A DNA stretch of 63,985 bases, counting the filler, from Octopus bimaculoides (Eukaryota), in the NCBI RefSeq assembly GCF_001194135.2. It is 10 parts of 8 records of this genome, joined end to end, with 100 filler letters (N's around TTAATTAATTAA, not from the genome) between each part and the next. Parts side by side here need not be neighbours in the genome. Positions count along the whole stretch, not along the records: positions 61,031 to 62,702 come from NW_026305725.1; positions 62,803 to 63,985 come from NC_069000.1; 8 more parts are not named here. One strand, written 5' to 3'. This document shows, piece by piece, positions 61,501 to 63,985 of the stretch. A program made the position numbers and the translations under genes. The notes below the pieces were generated by a model that was not told the origin of the DNA, did not search any database, and worked only from the letters and a program-made list of their open reading frames with translations. Each line of letters starts with the position of its first letter. Position 1 is the first letter of the stretch.

Positions 61501-63985
61501 GGGAAACAACAGTAAAGTTAGGATGGGCTATAGTTCAGNNNNNNNNNNTAGTTAGTGGGGGGAAACAACAGTAAAGTTAGGATGGGCTATAGTTCAGTGG
61601 TATCAGTTTGGATTCGGTGCGGGTGGATCTTGTTCCTCGGTGGCAGGTTTAATATTTGTTTTTTTTATTTAAAAAATTGTTAACTTAAAAGAAAGAGATG
61701 ATTGGTATGTGTATATGTATATGTATATATTTATACAGTGGCAAGAATCCTCTAAGTTCACGTCTTTTAATACAGATGATTATGATGCGGTATAGAAAAA
61801 GAGACGTGACCGTTACGCAGGACGCTCCGCCGTCGTCCAGTGAAAGCTCAGCTCCAGTTCCTGCCTCTATAAACGTTTAGTTCAGAAGCGATCAACTACA
61901 ACAAATGTAATATCTTTCCTAAGACATTAAAAGCCCCGACTGAATCCAGAATGGAGCAGATCAACAAAAGATCAACAGTTGATCAGCAACATACGCCGAA
62001 AGTAAAAGCAAATGCTCAAACACACAGACAGAGCATTACTTAGGAAGAAAACCACGTAGTTACCTGTTCAGCCCACTTCAGCATGCAATGGCGCGTATTT
62101 CGATTATTGCAGTGGACTGATTAAGCGGAATCAGTGTGATTCTTAATTGGATTACATGCAGATTCCTAGATGTATATATGTAGTTATTGGTGTCTATGTA
62201 TGCATAGATCTGTGTCTACCTGTATCTAATTNNNNNNNNNNAGCCATTATATTTCGAAATGGTTTTTATTCAACACCATTATACACGTCAGAATCTCAAT
62301 ATTTCCGGTTATAGTTAGGCGTAGAAAATTCCATTCGGTATTTTCCAGAGAAGGCGATTTTACTTCGACCCTATCGTTCGTGTTTCACATTCTTTGAGAT
62401 TCGATCAAACAAGACACACCGATCGATGTCACCATGTGATAGACTGTGAATCATCAGTTTATGTATCGAATGAGATTTTTGGCAAAAGAAAATATTTTCG
62501 CATTTAGAATTTATGTAACATCTGAGCGTTGCTTATAGAATTAAGAGTGAAAGTTGTTGGGAAATCTAAAATACGTGCTGTCGCTGGTGTTTCGGTGCTC
62601 CGTTGTTGTGGAACAGTTGTTGTTTCTGTCGGTCGCTCATATGTTGATCTCGGTTGCTGCAGTTGTTGTGGTTCTTGGTTGTTCATTTGCTGTTCCTGTT
62701 CGNNNNNNNNNNNNNNNNNNNNNNNNNNNNNNNNNNNNNNNNNNNNTTAATTAATTAANNNNNNNNNNNNNNNNNNNNNNNNNNNNNNNNNNNNNNNNNN
62801 NNTATATATATATATAATTGTTGATGATGATGATATATTTATAAAATATAATGTATCTAACTAGAATTCCATTATTTAACATGTCTTTCCATTTTTTAAA
62901 TGTTAAGGAACGGGTAAAAGACTCTTAGTTGCTATTTCTAGCATCAAGGCACCTTTATTGTCTCACGAGTGCTGAAGAATAGGGTGGAAAACTGAGTCTG
63001 CATTGCAAATTCACTTCTACAGGAGCCACTTCATTTCCTTGTAACTGCTATTTCTGACTATAGTCAATAACCTGGAGAAAAATGACTTGCCAAGTGATTC
63101 ACTAACTATAGGAAACCTTGGGGACTTGTCCAATAACTCATGCACACACACATGTACATAAAGTCATATTAGAGTATTTAATTATGCCTGTCATTCCTTT
63201 TCCCCTAATCTCTACAATCTTGTTTCTTGACCAAGCAAAATTGTTTCAACAATTGTAATGATCATACTGCCAACCAAAAGAAGGTAACTGGGGTTCAAAG
63301 AAAGAGAGGCTGTTCTTAGAGGTAATCAAAAGTGGATCCTATATGCAGCATATAATAATCTTATCATCATTCATTGTGTTCCCTCCCTCAGACAAATTAT
63401 TTGGCATAATAATATGATACTAACTGGGTAAATAACCCAGCACATGGAAGGCCGCAATGGTTTATAATGACCTATAGTTACTATAACATTGAATCTCTGC
63501 ATATTAGAATCACTTAATAATAAATATACAAAAATAGAAAGTCTCTGATTGCTCTGCTTATTTGCATAGTCAACTAATGGCTGACTGAATGAAATCATTG
63601 TTCACATACAATGCTGTTTAGCTTACATAAATGAGAAATAACATTTCTTTACTGAGAGCTTTAATGTTTTTGTGTCAGAAATTAAACATGATATATATAT
63701 ATATATGTGCATTTACATACATACAAACACTCACTCGCAAACGAGTGTGTGTGCTTGTGTGCATGTTATCACATACATACACACATACATGTGTGTGTTT
63801 GCATGTTCAAGAAAGCTTATGACTGTAAAGCCTCACTATTCTAAGTTTAGGTCAGCTTTGGCCTTCATTCATCCTAGACTGATAGAAAAAGAACAAACAG
63901 TATACTTAGTTTGATTGCATAGATGTTACCATTGAAATTATATATATACATATATATATGCATACATTTATACACACACACATAT

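Overview
Gappy, repeat-saturated animal genomic DNA. It is most consistent with an octopus/cephalopod draft assembly; this is inferred from the SINE families and microsatellite load, not from a database search. Most called ORFs are microsatellite or N-run artefacts. Real content: about 35 copies or fragments of several SINE families (labelled A, B, C/C2, D, F, G, H here), Tc1/mariner relics and MITEs, and fragments of RTE, R4/Dong-like, Tx1-like, CR1/L2-like and Gypsy retroelements. There is one convincing terminal coding exon of an unrecognised helical protein (20578-20780, +) with weaker candidate upstream exons, and a decayed spliced Thr/Ser-rich (mucin-like) gene end (61069-61500, -). The most notable signal is a set of short non-coding elements carrying minimal type-I hammerhead ribozyme (HHR) motifs with palindromic stem III, as in Penelope-like elements and retrozymes: five clear motifs and one degenerate one. 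The best is a composite of a tRNA-derived Pol III head, (AAT)n and a canonical-core HHR (20164-20480), lying sense in the intron just upstream of the terminal exon. Also notable: a 26-bp-period array with a conserved core and variable segment (24083-24830), and two long fold-back palindromes (50386-50626, 57972-58320). TTAATTAATTAA inside N-runs is an assembly linker.
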